From: Thermoanaerobaculia bacterium
Lineage (GTDB): Bacteria > Acidobacteriota > Thermoanaerobaculia > Multivoradales > UBA5704
NCBI GenBank assembly: GCA_044226625.1
Contig: JBGAGQ010000044.1
Coordinates: forward strand, 1-52,477
Reading direction: 5' to 3'
Length of the DNA: 52,477 nt
This document shows, in pieces, positions 30,184 to 40,256 of this stretch. Both the position numbers and the translations under genes were made by a program. The stretch's first letter is position 1; each line of letters opens with the position of its first letter. Under the pieces are notes generated by a model that was given only the letters and a program-made list of their open reading frames with translations, was not told the origin of the DNA and made no database searches.

Positions 30184-32617
30184 CGACCGGCTCCCTCCAT
30201 CGGACTGGCCACGCGTCGAGGCGGCTTGGCGCGCGACCGTGGTCGTTTCGCCCCCCGAACGAGCCGCGGCGCTCGACGCGGCCTGCGGGGACGACCGCGC
30301 GCTTCGAGCTCGGGTGGAGCGCTTGCTCGAGGCCGATGAAGATTCCGAGCGCGTGATCCTGGAGGCGGTCGCCGCGGGAGCCCGGCTTCTCGCGAACGGC
30401 GCGGCCGACGACCGGATCGGCCCCTATCGAATCGAACGCGTGCTCGGCCGGGGAGGGACCAGCACCGTCTACCTTGCCCGGCGAGGCGAGCCCGCCGGAG
30501 AAACTCCCGGAGGTCCGACCGGGAAACCGGTGGCGCTCAAGCTTCTGGGTCGCGACGGGGCGGACGGACGGGCGCTCATCGCCCGTTTCGACGCCGAGCG
30601 GCGCGCGCTGTCCGCCCTCGACCACCCCGACATCGCCCGCCTGCTCGACGTCGGCCTGGCCGAGGACGGGCGACCGTACGTGGCGCTCGAATGGATCGAT
30701 GGGCTGCCCATCGACGCCTGGTGCGCGGCGCGCACCCTGGACCTCGAAGCGCGGGTTCGGTTGTTTCGCCGCGTCTGCGCCGCCGTCCACGCCGCGCATC
30801 AGCGCTTGGTCGTGCACCGCGACCTCAAACCAGGAAACGTACTGGTCGCCTCCGACGGTGCTCCGAAGCTGCTCGATTTCGGCCTCGCCAAGCTGCTCGG
30901 AGATTCCGACGGCTTTCCCGTCGATGCGACCGCGACCGCCCTGCGCGCCCTCACTCCTGCCTACGCGAGCCCCGAGCAGGTGCGCGGCGAGCCGGTTTCG
31001 ACCGCGACCGACGTCTATTCCCTCGGCGTGCTCCTCTTCGAGCTCACGACTGGAGAGCGGCCGATCCGAACCGAGGGCCGAAGCCCCACCGAGGTCGAGC
31101 GCGCGATCTCGGAGGAGGAGCCGGACTTCGTGGGCACCCGACTTCCTGCCGATCTCCAGAACATCTTACGCATGGCGCTGCGCAAGGAGCCCGAGCGGCG
31201 CTATGGCTCGGTCGCCCAGCTCAACGAGGACCTCGGCCGATTCCTCGCCGGCCGGCCGGTGGTCGCGCGTCCGGACACCTGGAGCTACCGCACGGCTCGG
31301 TTCGTCCGCCGCCACCATTGGGCTGTTGCGACCGCCGCCGCATTTCTATTGCTAGTACTCGCCTTCGCGGTCTCGCTGGCCCTCCAATCGCGTCGCATCG
31401 CGCGGGAACGCGACCGCGCCGAGCGGACCGCCGGTTTCCTCGTCGACCTGTTCGACATCGCCGACCCGGGAACCTCGCGCGGCGCCTCGATCACCGCGCG
31501 CGAGATGCTCGATCGCGGAGCGCTCCGCCTCCGTTCCGAGCTCGGCGACGAGCCGGAGCTGCGCGCCTCGCTCGAAGAGACGATCGGCCGCGTGTACCAA
31601 AACCTCGGGCTCTATCGGAGCGCCGAGCCGCTGCTGGTCGAATCGCTCGCGACGCGCAGGCGTCTCTATTCCGCCGACCATCCGGAGGTCGCGAGCAGCC
31701 TGAATCGGCTCGCCGTAGTGCGGGCGCTGTCGGGCGATTACGAGGGGGCCGAGCCGCTCTTTCGCGAGGCGTTCGCAATGCGGGAGCGCCTGTTCGGTCC
31801 GGAGGACCCCCGATCGATCTCGTCCCTGAACAACCTCGCGCTCTCGCTCCATGATCTGGGGGACTACGCGGCGGCCGAGCCGCTCTACCGCCGGGCGCTC
31901 GCGCTCGACCGCCGGCATCCGGACCCCGACGGCGCGGCCGCGGTCAATCTGGGTCTATTGCTGATCGATCGAGGCGATTTCGCCGCGGCCGAGGCGCTGG
32001 TCCGTCCGGCGCTCGCGACGATCCGAGCCCGACGCGGCGAGATCCATCCGGAGGTCGCGCGAACGTACGGATATCTCGGGATGGCGCTCGCGGGACAGCA
32101 CCGTTGGAACGAAGCGGAAAGCGCGTTCCGCCACGCGCTCGCGATCGACCGCAGGCTCCAGAGCGGCGACCATCTCGACCTCGCGCGCGACTTCCACCTG
32201 CTCGGATCTCTCGACCTTGATCGCGGCGATCTCGAACGATCCGGACCTTCGCTCGACCGCGCCGCCGCGATTCGCGAAAAGCTCCTGCCCAAGGAACATC
32301 CGGAGCTCGCCGCGACCTGGGAGCGGCAGGGGCGGCTCGCCCTCGCGCGGGGCGGCCCGGCCGACCTCGTCCGCGCGGAGGAACGCCTCACCCGGTCGCT
32401 AGCGGCGTTCCGCGCATCGCTTCCGCTCCGACATCCGTCGCTCGCCGATGCGCTCGTGCCACTCGCCGAATTGCGTATCCGACAAGACCGTTGCTCGGAG
32501 GCGGCGGCGCTCGCCCGCGAGGCCGTGATGGCCCTCGAAGGAAAGCTCCGGCGCAGCGACCGCCGCTTCACACGGGCCGAAGCGGCGGTCGCGTCGGCGA
32601 ACCGATGCGCGGTCTGA
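30176..32617 (+). CDS. Membrane Ser/Thr protein kinase with extracytoplasmic TPR repeats
   Basis: LGRGG, VALK, HRDLKPGN, DFG, YASPEQ; one TM segment; TPR-like SLNNLA..L...GDY..AEPLYR repeats. Confidence 0.93.
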   Translation: MADDRLPPSDWPRVEAAWRATVVVSPPERAAALDAACGDDRALRARVERLLEADEDSERVILEAVAAGARLLANGAADDRIGPYRIERVLGRGGTSTVYLARRGEPAGETPGGPTGKPVALKLLGRDGADGRALIARFDAERRALSALDHPDIARLLDVGLAEDGRPYVALEWIDGLPIDAWCAARTLDLEARVRLFRRVCAAVHAAHQRLVVHRDLKPGNVLVASDGAPKLLDFGLAKLLGDSDGFPVDATATALRALTPAYASPEQVRGEPVSTATDVYSLGVLLFELTTGERPIRTEGRSPTEVERAISEEEPDFVGTRLPADLQNILRMALRKEPERRYGSVAQLNEDLGRFLAGRPVVARPDTWSYRTARFVRRHHWAVATAAAFLLLVLAFAVSLALQSRRIARERDRAERTAGFLVDLFDIADPGTSRGASITAREMLDRGALRLRSELGDEPELRASLEETIGRVYQNLGLYRSAEPLLVESLATRRRLYSADHPEVASSLNRLAVVRALSGDYEGAEPLFREAFAMRERLFGPEDPRSISSLNNLALSLHDLGDYAAAEPLYRRALALDRRHPDPDGAAAVNLGLLLIDRGDFAAAEALVRPALATIRARRGEIHPEVARTYGYLGMALAGQHRWNEAESAFRHALAIDRRLQSGDHLDLARDFHLLGSLDLDRGDLERSGPSLDRAAAIREKLLPKEHPELAATWERQGRLALARGGPADLVRAEERLTRSLAAFRASLPLRHPSLADALVPLAELRIRQDRCSEAAALAREAVMALEGKLRRSDRRFTRAEAAVASANRCAV

Positions 32618-32629
32618 ACGTGCTTCTGC

Positions 32630-34456
32630 CTAGTCCTCGCCGTCGAAGATCCCCCACTCGATCAACGGGTCACCGATCACGTGGATGCCGGCGAAGCCAC
32701 GCGGCGTGGTCGTGGCGTCCACCCGGCCTGAGAGGTTGATGGCACTACCGCCCGGCCAGACGACCAGGGTGTCCTCATAGGTAAACGAGGTCGCGCCGAA
32801 ACGGAGCCCGGCGAAAGGCTGCCCGGCCACGTTCGTCCGATTCACACCCCCATGGTCGAAGAAGCGGAACCAGTAGGCTCCGGCGTTCGCCGCGGTGTCG
32901 TTTACCCAGGTCGTATACCCCGGCCAATAGAACGAGGGCTGGGCGCGCACCAGAGGCGCCACCTTTCTCATGAAGTTCTGCCCGGCGACCGTGACCCCGA
33001 AACCGATCCCCGGTTCCAGGCCGTTGCCCCCTGTGAGCTCCTCTCCCCAGACCTTCTTAGGCGCTCCCGAAGCCGAGGCGTACTCGCCCCCTTGGCGCAT
33101 GGTCCAACCGACGATTCCGGCCTTGCACGGCGTGATCTGCATCCAGCCGGCGAACACCGGCGCAGCCGGATAGTTCGGCGAGCTCGGAAGTCCCGGACCG
33201 ATGCGCGCCATCGCGCCGCGCGGGAAGCTCGCGATGTTGTCCGACCCGATCAGCGCGCCGTTTCGGTCGAAGTAGCGGATCTTCACCGGACCGACGTTCG
33301 TCGTCGTCGGATTGAACAGGCCCACCATGGTCTCGACTCCGGGGCTCGCGGTCTCGAACGTCAGCTCGGCGTCGACCAGGGAAACTCCGGGTGTGTTCGC
33401 CATCATCGCCGAGCCCATCCGGAATCGCTTGCCAGGCGAAAGCGCGCCGCTGCCGCCGAACAAGTCGACCATCAGGGCGTCGCCCACGATCGGTTGGGTC
33501 GCCGCGACCACGACGCGGAAGTCGTCGTCGACCACCGGTCCGGCGAGATAGCTAGGAAGGAAGCTGTTCCAGAGCGTCAGATCGAGATGCGAACCGAAGG
33601 CGGGGAGCGTGACCGTGACCGGCGCGAGCAGCACGCCGTTGCGCGACGAGTAGTTGAGCGTGATCGTCGTGGGTGTCGCGTTCGGATTGACGATCTGGAG
33701 GATCGGTGCGTTGCCCCGCAGGAAATCGAGCGGAGACGTGGTCGAGAAGGGCATCGGCCCGTACCAGAGCGTGTTCTTGCCGGCCTGCGCCATCTGAAGC
33801 TGTTGCAGCGAGTTCAATCCGAGATTGTAGCTCTCGGGATCGGTCAGATACGGACCGCCGAAGGCCGCGAGATCGACGTTCCCCGCGTGATGCACCGTTT
33901 CGCCGACGATCGGCGCGCCGGTGGACGAGATCCGCGCCGCGCCCAACCCTGGCGTGGCGGACGGTCCGGAGAGGAGCGCCTGGACGGTCACCGTCCGGGT
34001 GGCCTCGGCGGGGAGCACGAACGTCGAGGTGCCGACCGGATTGCCCAGCTGGTCGAAGAGATCGATCGTCACGGTGGCCAACGCGCTGGGATTTGGATTC
34101 GTCACCACGATCACGCTCTGGAAGCCCGCGAGCTCGCCCGGGGCAGACGGGAACCAGAACAGCCCGGCGGCGAACTTCTCGTAAGCCGGCTGCCCCTGGA
34201 GGTTCGTGCCGGAGTGGAGGTAATTGTGATCCGGCCAGGAAAGGTAATCCTCCGCCGGACGCGCGGTGACGCCGGTCGAAATCGGCTGCGCTTCGACCAG
34301 GCAAGGGAGCGGAACGGGATCGACCGCGATGGCGCCCGCGGCTGCCGCCCGAGCGGAGGGCGAGCCGAAGAGCACGGCGATGGCCGCCAGGGCGATACCC
34401 ACCGGGGAGCCGCTGCGGGCGGAACGGGCAGAAGAGGAAATTCGGGACGGTTGCAT
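32630..34456 (-). CDS. Secreted hypothetical protein with four Ig-like repeats
   Basis: ATG 34456 after AAGGAGG; signal peptide; repeated (V/I)xNP...(V/I)x(I/L)x(Y/F)D..G units. Confidence 0.7.
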   Translation of the reverse strand: MQPSRISSSARSARSGSPVGIALAAIAVLFGSPSARAAAAGAIAVDPVPLPCLVEAQPISTGVTARPAEDYLSWPDHNYLHSGTNLQGQPAYEKFAAGLFWFPSAPGELAGFQSVIVVTNPNPSALATVTIDLFDQLGNPVGTSTFVLPAEATRTVTVQALLSGPSATPGLGAARISSTGAPIVGETVHHAGNVDLAAFGGPYLTDPESYNLGLNSLQQLQMAQAGKNTLWYGPMPFSTTSPLDFLRGNAPILQIVNPNATPTTITLNYSSRNGVLLAPVTVTLPAFGSHLDLTLWNSFLPSYLAGPVVDDDFRVVVAATQPIVGDALMVDLFGGSGALSPGKRFRMGSAMMANTPGVSLVDAELTFETASPGVETMVGLFNPTTTNVGPVKIRYFDRNGALIGSDNIASFPRGAMARIGPGLPSSPNYPAAPVFAGWMQITPCKAGIVGWTMRQGGEYASASGAPKKVWGEELTGGNGLEPGIGFGVTVAGQNFMRKVAPLVRAQPSFYWPGYTTWVNDTAANAGAYWFRFFDHGGVNRTNVAGQPFAGLRFGATSFTYEDTLVVWPGGSAINLSGRVDATTTPRGFAGIHVIGDPLIEWGIFDGED

Positions 34457-34726
34457 CTTCGATCCTCCTTGGGGTCGAACGCTTGCGGGACCTCGATCTC
34501 CGGCGACGCGCCGGCCTGGGGTGCCCTCTAACCAGGAAAGCGGAAAAGGAGCGCGAAGATGACGATCGCGTTCGGCGTCAGCCGCCGGGTGTCTCGGGAC
34601 ACGGAAAACCGGTGAGACGGCTGAGCTTTTCCGATCCGATTCCCGCCCTCCCGCGACCGCCTGAATCGACGAGCTGCGGTAGACTCGAAGCCCCGTTTCT
34701 CTTTGGTCGATTGGAGGCCATCCGAA

Positions 34727-37700
34727 ATGTCGCCTGAGCCCTCGCAACCCCGGGACATTGCTCCCGCGCGCCGCCGTTGGAAAGACGTTCTGCTGATCGC
34801 GCTCGGAATCTCGCTCGTCGGGATGTCCGCCTTCGCGTTTCGCGAACAGATCTCGCGCATGACCGCGAAGCTCCAGGCCGGGGCGACCGGAGGCGAGACG
34901 GTCTCGGTGTTCGACGTGTTGGTCGATCGCGATTCACGGCAGTACGTGGACATCCTTTTCGACCGGCCTCTCGGCGAAGGGCTCCAAGGCCAGGTGCTGG
35001 CTGAAGCGCCGGCGACGATCGATCCGGCGATCGCCGGCTCATGGCGTTGGCAGGACACGAACGCGTTGCGCTTTTCCCCCAGCGGCGGCTTTCCGATCGC
35101 TTCCAAATACAAGATCGAGCTGATCCCCGAGCGGATTCTCCGGCCCGGGCAGATCTTCTCCGGCGATACCGAGCTCGAGGTGGTGACCGACAAGTTCCTG
35201 GTTTCCGGCGTCGACGCGGACGAGGAGGTCGCGGGCAAGGCGCGCATCGCCTTCCACGGCTACTTCAAGTTCAACTATCCGGTCGATCCGGAGGTTTTGA
35301 TCAAGCACGTGAAGCTGGTCGATCCGGTTGCCGGCGACGTGCCGATCCGGTTGCTCACCAGCTGGACCTCCTCGGAGGTCGAATACCGCACCGATCCGGT
35401 GCAGAAGCAGGTCGACGAGCGGACCGCGAAGATCGTCATCGGCAAGGAGCTCACTCCGGTCTCCGGCAGCATTCCGCTCGGCGACGACTACGAGAAGGAG
35501 GTGCCGATCGGCTCCTCGATCAAGCTCGTCGTGCGCGGCGTCGAAGCCGCGCCGGGCGACAAGGAATCGACGATCACGATCCACTTCTCCTCGCCCGTCG
35601 AGGCTGCGGTCGCCGCGAAATACGTCTCGTTCACCCCGACGGTCGCCTTCCAGCCGGCGGCCGACGGGACCGACGTGACCCTCACCGGACCGTTCGCTCC
35701 GGGAGCCACCTACAAGATGAAGATCGGCAAGGGGCTGCCGGCCACCGACGACTCGTCGCTCCAAGAGGAGTATGAGGAGGACGTCGAGCTTCCGGATCTC
35801 GAGGCGACCGCCGATTTCCAGAGCGAGGGGATCTTCCTCTCCGCGACCGGCAGCCATACGGTCGCGATCGACACCGTGAACCTCGACGGCTTCCAGCTCG
35901 ACGTCGACCGGGTCTACAAGAACAACCTGTTCTTCCTGTTCAACTACGGCGGCTTCTGGGGCGAGGAGTTCGCCTACTCGGGCTCGGAGATCAATCACGC
36001 TCTCGGCGACCGACTGAAGAGCGAGACGATCTCGGCCAAGGGTCCGAAGAACAAGACGGTGACCACGCCGATCACGCTCGACCGGCACGTGCCGCAGGGC
36101 GAGCGCGGCCTGTTCCGCATGGTGGTCACCAAGCCCGATGATTACGAGGGGCGACAGCGCTGGCTGCTGGTCACCGACCTCGGCGCAGTGGCGAAGAAGG
36201 CGCCGGGCGAGTTCATGGTCTGGGTCTCTTCCTACAAGGACCTCGCGCCGGTCGCCGGGGCGAAAGTCACCCTGATCTCCGACCAGAACCAGACTTTGGG
36301 CTCGGGAACCACTGACGGTTCCGGCCTCTGGCGCATGCGCGACGCCGCGGCGCTCGCCGACAAGACGCCCTACATGGTGCTGATCGAAAAGGGAGACGAC
36401 TGGAGCTTCCTGCTGCTCGACGAGATGGAGACCGATACGACGGGTCTCGATGTGGGTGGCGACGAGCCGGCAGGTGAGGGGTACGACGCCTACCTCTACG
36501 GTGAGCGGAATCTCTACCGGCCGGGCGAAAAGCTCGAAGGCCTCGCCGTCGTCCGCGATGGAAGCCTCCAACCCGCTCCGGCGATGCCGGCGCTCCTTCG
36601 CTGGCGCGACACCGAGGGAAAGGAGCGGAGCACGCAGCGGATCACGATCACCGATCGCGGCCTTTCACCGTTCTCGCTCCAGATTCCCGCCTACGCCACG
36701 ACGGGCCGGCATTCGCTCGAGCTCGAGGTGGCCGAAAAGGTGATCGGCACCTACTCGTTTTCGGTCGAGGATTTCGTTCCCGACCGGATCAAGGTCGAGA
36801 TCTCCGGCGCCGCCAAGGCGCCGAAACCGGGCGAGAATTTGACCTACAAGGTCCAGAGCAACTATCTCTTCGGCCCGCCGGCATCCGGCCTCGCGGTCGA
36901 GAGCAAGGTGCGCCTGGCCGACGCGACGTTCGCCCCCAAGGGCTTCGAGGCGTACAACTTCCGCAACGACGACCGCACGCTCGACGACCGCGAGCTGTTG
37001 TCCGAAGAGGGCCGCCTCGACGCCGAGGGAGGCAAGGAATTCTCCGCCGCGGTGCCCGACGGCCTGCCGGTTCCCTCGACCCTCGAGGCGATCGTCACCG
37101 CCCGGGTGCAGGAGCAGGGCGGGCGCGGCGTCTCGGCGCTCCAGCGGCTCAAGATCCACCCCTATCCCTACTATCTCGGGATCAAGCGGCCGAACCCGGA
37201 CGCCTTCCCCGAGATCAACAAGGACCAGGGCTTCGACTGGATCGCGGTCTCGCCGGAAGGCAAGGAGACCGGCGCCGCGGCGCTTCGCGCCGAACTCTAC
37301 TTCGACCGCTGGAACACCGTTCTGCGGCGCACCGACGAGGGGACCTATCGCTGGGAGTCGACCCGCGATCCGGTACTCGTCCAGACGCTGCAGCTGCCCG
37401 CGGGCAAGAGCCGCGGCGCGTTCAAGTTCCGCCCGACCAAGTACGGTAGCTATCGCGCCGTGCTCACGGATCCGGCCACGCTCGCCTCGACCGAAGTCGA
37501 GTTCTACGCGAGCGGCTGGGGCTACTCTCCCTGGGGCATCAAGAACCCCACCCGGCTGGAGCTCGATCTCGACAAGGAGGAGTACGCACCGGGCGACACG
37601 GCGACGATCCAGGTCCGCGCGCCGTTCCCGGGCAAAGTCCTGCTCACCGTCGAGCGAGAGAAGATCTTCTTCGTCCAGAGCTTCGATCTCACCGGCAACA

Positions 37701-40180
37701 CCGGCAAGATCACGCTCCCGGTGGACGGCTCCTGGCGGCCCAACGCCTATGTGACTGCAACGTTGGTCCGCAAGGCCAAGGACCTCGAGCCGGGCTCGGC
37801 CGGAAGGGCGTTCGGCGCGGTGCCGATCTCGGTCGACAAGGCGGCCAACAAGCTCCAGCCGGGCATCGCCGCCCCGGACGAGATGCGGCCGGAATCGCCC
37901 GTCTCGATCGAAGTGCAGACCCGCCCCGGCGCGGTCGTCACTCTCTCGGCAGTCGATGAGGGGATCCTGCAGCTCATCGCGCAGAAAACCCCGCAACCGT
38001 TCGACTTCTTCTACCGGAAGCTCGCCTTGAACGTCCTCTCCTACGACACGTTCAGCTTGCTCCTGCCTGAGGTGAGCCCCGAGGGGGCGAAAGCCAAGGG
38101 CGGCGGTGAAGGAGGCGAGGGATTGTCGCAGTACGTCCGGACGGAAGGCATTCGCCGCACCGAACCGGTCGCGTTCTGGTCCGGGCCGGTCACGGCGGAC
38201 GCTTCCGGCCGCGTGCGCCTGACGTTCAACATACCGGAGTTCCAGGGCGCCCTGCGGCTGATGGCAGTCGCGATCGACGGCCGGAAGTTCGGCTCCTCCG
38301 AGAAGCTGCTCCGCGTCCGCACCCCCGTCGCGGTCCTGCCGACATTCCCGCGCGTGCTGTCGTTCGGCGAGAAGCTCAAGGTCCCCGTCACGGTGCGCAA
38401 CGACACGGGCCGGCAGGGTACCTTCCAGGTCGGTCTCTCCGCCCAGGGCCCGGCGAAAGTTGCTGGAGGGGCGCAGCCGCTCCAGCTCGCCAACGCCAAG
38501 GACGGCACGGTCTACTTCGACGTTGAATCGGGCGGCGGCACCGGCGACATCCGCTTCGTCGCCTCGGCCTCCGGCAATGCTGAGTCGGGCAAATCGTCGG
38601 CGTACGTTCCAGTCCGGGCCGACCTCTTCCCCATCGCCACCGAGCAGGCCGGAGGACTTCAGGACGACGAGGTCAAGGTCCCCGTGGACGACGACGGGCT
38701 CCGCGAGGAGACGATCGTCCGCACGGTCCGCATCGGCTCGGGACCGCTGGTCCAATTCACCGGCAAGCTGTCGGATCTCCTCCGCTACCCGTACGGCTGC
38801 GCCGAGCAGACCGTCTCCTCGGCGTTCCCGTTGCTCTACCTGGGCGACCTCGCCAAAGAGCTCGAGCCGGAGCTGTTCGATCCGAAGAAGGGGCGCGGCG
38901 ATCCGGCGGTGATGGTCCAGGACGCGGTCCGGCGCCTGGCGACGATGCAGCTGTTCAACGGCGGCTTCTCGCTCTGGCCGGGCGGCGAACAGCTCCATCC
39001 GTGGGCGAGCGTGTACGTCGCTCACTTCCTCGTCGAGGCCCGTCGGGCCGGACATCCGATCGAGGACTTCCTCTACGACGGCGCGCTCAAGTGGATCGCC
39101 GGCGACGCGAAGGCGAAGTCGGCCTACGGGCAGGAGGAGCTGCAGCGAACCGTCTACGAGCTGTACGTCCTCGCGCGAGCCGGCAAAGCTGATCTCGGCA
39201 CGATGGACTTCCTGCGCGAGAAGCAGATGAAGGCGCTCAAGCCCGACTCCCGCGCCCTCCTGGCCGGGGCCTACGCAAGCGTCGGCAACCGCCAGGCGGC
39301 GACCGATCTGGTCGCAAACCTCGCCGAGGTCGAGAAAGTCGGACGCCAGACCGGCGGCAACTTCAACTCGGAGATCCGCAATCGGGCGATCACCTTGATG
39401 GCCCTCCTCGACGCCCAGCCGGCGAACCCGCGCGTGCCGCAGCTGGTCGACCGGTTAGCCCGCGACGCTCGCGACGTCGACACCTGGAGCACCCAGGAGT
39501 CCGGTTTCGCCTTCGTCGCCCTCGGGCAGTTCTACAAGCGGCAGGCGGAGGCTCCCCCGTACACCGGGACCCTCTACGTCGGAGGCAAGAAGATCGGCAC
39601 CTTCACCAAGCAGACCGTGACGTTCCGGAACCTCAAGGGGACCGACGCGATCCGGATCGAGATGGACAAGGGTTACAAACCGGGATCGGCCTTCTATAGC
39701 GTGATCACCCGGGCAATCCCCACCGACTCGGGCTTCAAGCCCGAATCCGCCGGTATCGAGGTGGAGCGGGAGATTCTCACCCGTGACGGCAAGCCGGCCG
39801 ACCTGTCGAACATCCAGCAGGGCGATCTGCTCGCGGTGAAGACTCGCGTGCGGAGCGTCTCCGGACCGCTGCTCAACGTCGCGATCGTCAGCCTCCTGGC
39901 CTCGGGTCTCGAGGTGGAGAACCCGCGGCTCGAAACGACCGAGCAGCTCCCCTGGGTCAACGACGCCAATCTCCGGGCCGTCCATCAGGATCTCCGGGAC
40001 GACCGGTTCCTGCTGTTCACCGACCTGCCCGCCAACAGCTGGCAGACCTTCTACACCCTCGTCCGCGCCGTCGCTCCGGGCACGTTCCGCTTGCCGCCGG
40101 TCCACGCCGAGGCGATGTACAACCCCGCCCTTCGAGGCACCAGCCCGAAGGGCGAGGTGACGGTCAAGGTACGACAGTAG
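34727..40180 (+). CDS. Bacterial alpha-2-macroglobulin
   Basis: ERNLYRPGE, VEDFVPDRI, AVDEGILQL, thioester motif PYGCAEQ, AEAMYNP; directly upstream of pbpC. Confidence 0.95.
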   Translation: MSPEPSQPRDIAPARRRWKDVLLIALGISLVGMSAFAFREQISRMTAKLQAGATGGETVSVFDVLVDRDSRQYVDILFDRPLGEGLQGQVLAEAPATIDPAIAGSWRWQDTNALRFSPSGGFPIASKYKIELIPERILRPGQIFSGDTELEVVTDKFLVSGVDADEEVAGKARIAFHGYFKFNYPVDPEVLIKHVKLVDPVAGDVPIRLLTSWTSSEVEYRTDPVQKQVDERTAKIVIGKELTPVSGSIPLGDDYEKEVPIGSSIKLVVRGVEAAPGDKESTITIHFSSPVEAAVAAKYVSFTPTVAFQPAADGTDVTLTGPFAPGATYKMKIGKGLPATDDSSLQEEYEEDVELPDLEATADFQSEGIFLSATGSHTVAIDTVNLDGFQLDVDRVYKNNLFFLFNYGGFWGEEFAYSGSEINHALGDRLKSETISAKGPKNKTVTTPITLDRHVPQGERGLFRMVVTKPDDYEGRQRWLLVTDLGAVAKKAPGEFMVWVSSYKDLAPVAGAKVTLISDQNQTLGSGTTDGSGLWRMRDAAALADKTPYMVLIEKGDDWSFLLLDEMETDTTGLDVGGDEPAGEGYDAYLYGERNLYRPGEKLEGLAVVRDGSLQPAPAMPALLRWRDTEGKERSTQRITITDRGLSPFSLQIPAYATTGRHSLELEVAEKVIGTYSFSVEDFVPDRIKVEISGAAKAPKPGENLTYKVQSNYLFGPPASGLAVESKVRLADATFAPKGFEAYNFRNDDRTLDDRELLSEEGRLDAEGGKEFSAAVPDGLPVPSTLEAIVTARVQEQGGRGVSALQRLKIHPYPYYLGIKRPNPDAFPEINKDQGFDWIAVSPEGKETGAAALRAELYFDRWNTVLRRTDEGTYRWESTRDPVLVQTLQLPAGKSRGAFKFRPTKYGSYRAVLTDPATLASTEVEFYASGWGYSPWGIKNPTRLELDLDKEEYAPGDTATIQVRAPFPGKVLLTVEREKIFFVQSFDLTGNTGKITLPVDGSWRPNAYVTATLVRKAKDLEPGSAGRAFGAVPISVDKAANKLQPGIAAPDEMRPESPVSIEVQTRPGAVVTLSAVDEGILQLIAQKTPQPFDFFYRKLALNVLSYDTFSLLLPEVSPEGAKAKGGGEGGEGLSQYVRTEGIRRTEPVAFWSGPVTADASGRVRLTFNIPEFQGALRLMAVAIDGRKFGSSEKLLRVRTPVAVLPTFPRVLSFGEKLKVPVTVRNDTGRQGTFQVGLSAQGPAKVAGGAQPLQLANAKDGTVYFDVESGGGTGDIRFVASASGNAESGKSSAYVPVRADLFPIATEQAGGLQDDEVKVPVDDDGLREETIVRTVRIGSGPLVQFTGKLSDLLRYPYGCAEQTVSSAFPLLYLGDLAKELEPELFDPKKGRGDPAVMVQDAVRRLATMQLFNGGFSLWPGGEQLHPWASVYVAHFLVEARRAGHPIEDFLYDGALKWIAGDAKAKSAYGQEELQRTVYELYVLARAGKADLGTMDFLREKQMKALKPDSRALLAGAYASVGNRQAATDLVANLAEVEKVGRQTGGNFNSEIRNRAITLMALLDAQPANPRVPQLVDRLARDARDVDTWSTQESGFAFVALGQFYKRQAEAPPYTGTLYVGGKKIGTFTKQTVTFRNLKGTDAIRIEMDKGYKPGSAFYSVITRAIPTDSGFKPESAGIEVEREILTRDGKPADLSNIQQGDLLAVKTRVRSVSGPLLNVAIVSLLASGLEVENPRLETTEQLPWVNDANLRAVHQDLRDDRFLLFTDLPANSWQTFYTLVRAVAPGTFRLPPVHAEAMYNPALRGTSPKGEVTVKVRQ

Positions 40181-40256
40181 ACTTCACCTCGGCGCCGAGC
40201 CTTCGAGCGAGGGCTCGGCGCCCTCTCCTTCCCCCCGGTACGTTGGAGTCCGATCC

